From a virus (taxonomy: Duplodnaviria > Caudoviricetes), in the IMG/VR virus record IMGVR_UViG_3300020330_000002, positions 1 through 25,098 of that record: a stretch of 25,098 bases of DNA. One strand, written 5' to 3'. Below, in pieces: positions 23,784 through 25,098 of this stretch. The position numbers were made by a program, and so were the translations under genes. The notes beneath the pieces were generated by a model. It did not search any database, was not told the DNA's origin, and saw nothing but the letters and a program-made list of their open reading frames with translations. How positions within the stretch are numbered: position 1 is the stretch's first letter; each line of letters begins with the position of its first letter.

Positions 23784-24454
23784 GTTTGGAGGTTTGGTGT
23801 AAGCCTGAGTCCAACCATGCTTACGTGTTGGGTGTTGATACGGCTGAGGGTTTGGGCCATGGCGATTATTCGTGCATCCAGGTGTTGGATGTGAGCACGG
23901 GCGATCAGGCGGCGATATGGCACGGCCATATTCCGCCTGACGAGCTGGCTGCTGAGGTGTTCAGGGTTGGTTTGTGGTATCGGGATGCGTTGTGCTGTGT
24001 GGAGTCGAACAATCATGGTTTGACGACGATTACGATGTTGCGCCAGTTGGGGTATCCTCGCATGTTTCGTAAGCGGTCGTTGAACCAGGTGACTTCCAAG
24101 GTGTCGATGGAGTTTGGTTGGCGGACGACACGCACGTCGAAGCCTTTGATGATTGACGATTTGGGGATGGCGTTGCGTAACGACGAGTTGCGTCTGTATG
24201 ACCGTCATACGGTCGGGGAGTTGCGGACCTTTACCCGCAATGAGCGTGGCAGCATGTCGGGGTCGCCCTATGACGACAGGGTGATGGCTTTGGCGTTGGC
24301 GAACCAGATGAGGAAGTACGCTCACGCCCCCGAGTATGTGGATCAGCCTGATGATTATTGGACAGTTGAGTGGTTTCGCAGGCTTGCCGTTGCCGATGAC
24401 GCTGATTCCTCCTTATACAGGATTGGTGCGAACAGCGTCCGTGGGACACCCTGA
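23780..24454 (+). CDS. terL: Terminase large subunit, RNase H-like nuclease domain (separate ORF)
   Basis: YVLGVDTAEG..DYS, VESNNHG, GW.TT..SKP, DDRVMALALA; GTGA overlap with the ATPase ORF. Confidence 0.93.
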   Translation: MSLEVWCKPESNHAYVLGVDTAEGLGHGDYSCIQVLDVSTGDQAAIWHGHIPPDELAAEVFRVGLWYRDALCCVESNNHGLTTITMLRQLGYPRMFRKRSLNQVTSKVSMEFGWRTTRTSKPLMIDDLGMALRNDELRLYDRHTVGELRTFTRNERGSMSGSPYDDRVMALALANQMRKYAHAPEYVDQPDDYWTVEWFRRLAVADDADSSLYRIGANSVRGTP

Positions 24455-24500
24455 CCGCTGTTTGTAGACATGTCTATTCATTTCACCCAGGAGTATTTTT

Positions 24501-24764
24501 ATGGCGAAGAAGTTCGTTTCGTTCACTAGCGGTACCACAACCGTTGACGGCCCGAAGGGCCAGAACAACAAGATGGAGCGTGGTGGCTCTGTGTCAGCGA
24601 ACCCTATTTGGGAACCTGGTGGCCCCAGTTCACCCAAGCAGCGGTTTGATTCACCCAAGGTGAACAACCAGACGGGCGGTTACGGCGAAATTTCGGTGCG
24701 TGACACTCCGTTCAACCAGCATGGCGAGACGGGCAAGGTTGAGCCTGCTTCTAAGCAGCCGTAG
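24501..24764 (+). CDS. Hypothetical protein, 87 aa, Gly/Pro/Ser-rich
   Basis: RBS AGGAG before the ATG. Confidence 0.75.
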   Translation: MAKKFVSFTSGTTTVDGPKGQNNKMERGGSVSANPIWEPGGPSSPKQRFDSPKVNNQTGGYGEISVRDTPFNQHGETGKVEPASKQP

Positions 24765-24766
24765 CG

Positions 24767-25039
24767 GTGGCGGTTCTGCCACCTGATGCCACATTTGATG
24801 ATTTCGTTTCGTATACGGAATCTGTTCGGGGGCCTGTGGGTTCGGATGAACTCGCAGACCTTTGGTTGTGGCGTCAGAAGCTCCTGACTTTGCGTGTTGA
24901 CACGAAGTCGGGTTACCGTTCCCAGTTGCCTGCCGACGAGCAGCATTTGTCTCGCCGCGAGTTGGGGGACAAGCGGTATCAGGAGGCGAAGTCTCAGGGC
25001 CGCAATATTGAAAGGTTGCCTGATAGGGCGATGTTCTGA
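24767..25039 (+). CDS. Hypothetical protein, 90 aa
   Basis: GTG 2 nt after the previous stop; TGATG overlap with the next gene. Confidence 0.7.
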   Translation: MAVLPPDATFDDFVSYTESVRGPVGSDELADLWLWRQKLLTLRVDTKSGYRSQLPADEQHLSRRELGDKRYQEAKSQGRNIERLPDRAMF

Positions 25040-25098
25040 TGCCTCGTAAGACTCGTAGTGAACTTTTAAGCGATTATCAGCATCGGCTGGACCTGTCG
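25039..25098 (+). CDS. 5' end of the next gene (MPRKTRSELLSDYQHRLDLS...), probably portal by position
   Basis: ATG overlaps the previous TGA and the frame is open to the window end; identity rests on synteny only. Confidence 0.45.
   Translation, partial: MPRKTRSELLSDYQHRLDLS

Larger units (their letters stand above)
1..25098. mobile_element. Tailed dsDNA bacteriophage (or prophage) genome segment, probable Actinomycetota host
   Basis: Terminase subunits, endolysin, holin, primase/helicase/RusA module and WhiB; dense overlapping start/stop codons; no bacterial housekeeping genes. Confidence 0.96.

Noticed and set aside
21186-24325. Minus-strand ORFs over the packaging genes (21503..22483, 22884..23747, 23627..24325)
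   Set aside because: Shadows of terS/terL caused by the strong strand skew

Overview
A 25-kb piece of a GC-rich tailed-phage genome with a probable Actinomycetota host (WhiB gene, r1t-type holin, amidase endolysin), cut at both ends inside the virion operon. On the + strand, 1-9245 encodes three translationally coupled putative internal virion/ejection proteins (the last is 1662 aa), an endolysin, four basic microproteins and a holin. On the - strand, 9242-20575 holds a sigma-region-4 protein, a PD-(D/E)XK-like nuclease, RusA, an AEP primase, a DnaB-like helicase, a Cas4/RecB-like exonuclease, WhiB, a C5 cytosine methyltransferase with a second gene overprinted inside it, a GP88-like Cys-cluster protein, a run of Cys-rich early microproteins and an LmbU-like regulator. 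A divergent non-coding region at about 20576-21266 carries a phased 23-bp repeat array and hairpins and is the candidate genome end or packaging site. After it, on the + strand, come TerS, membrane-anchored ORFs, a large terminase split into ATPase and nuclease genes, and the likely start of the portal gene. I saw no integrase, DNA polymerase, tRNA or CRISPR array. Highlights are the dual-coding methyltransferase, the near absence of CCGG/GTCGAC/CTCGAG, the phased array, the split TerL and a duplicated palindromic operator. All family calls come from motif recognition by eye, not database searches.
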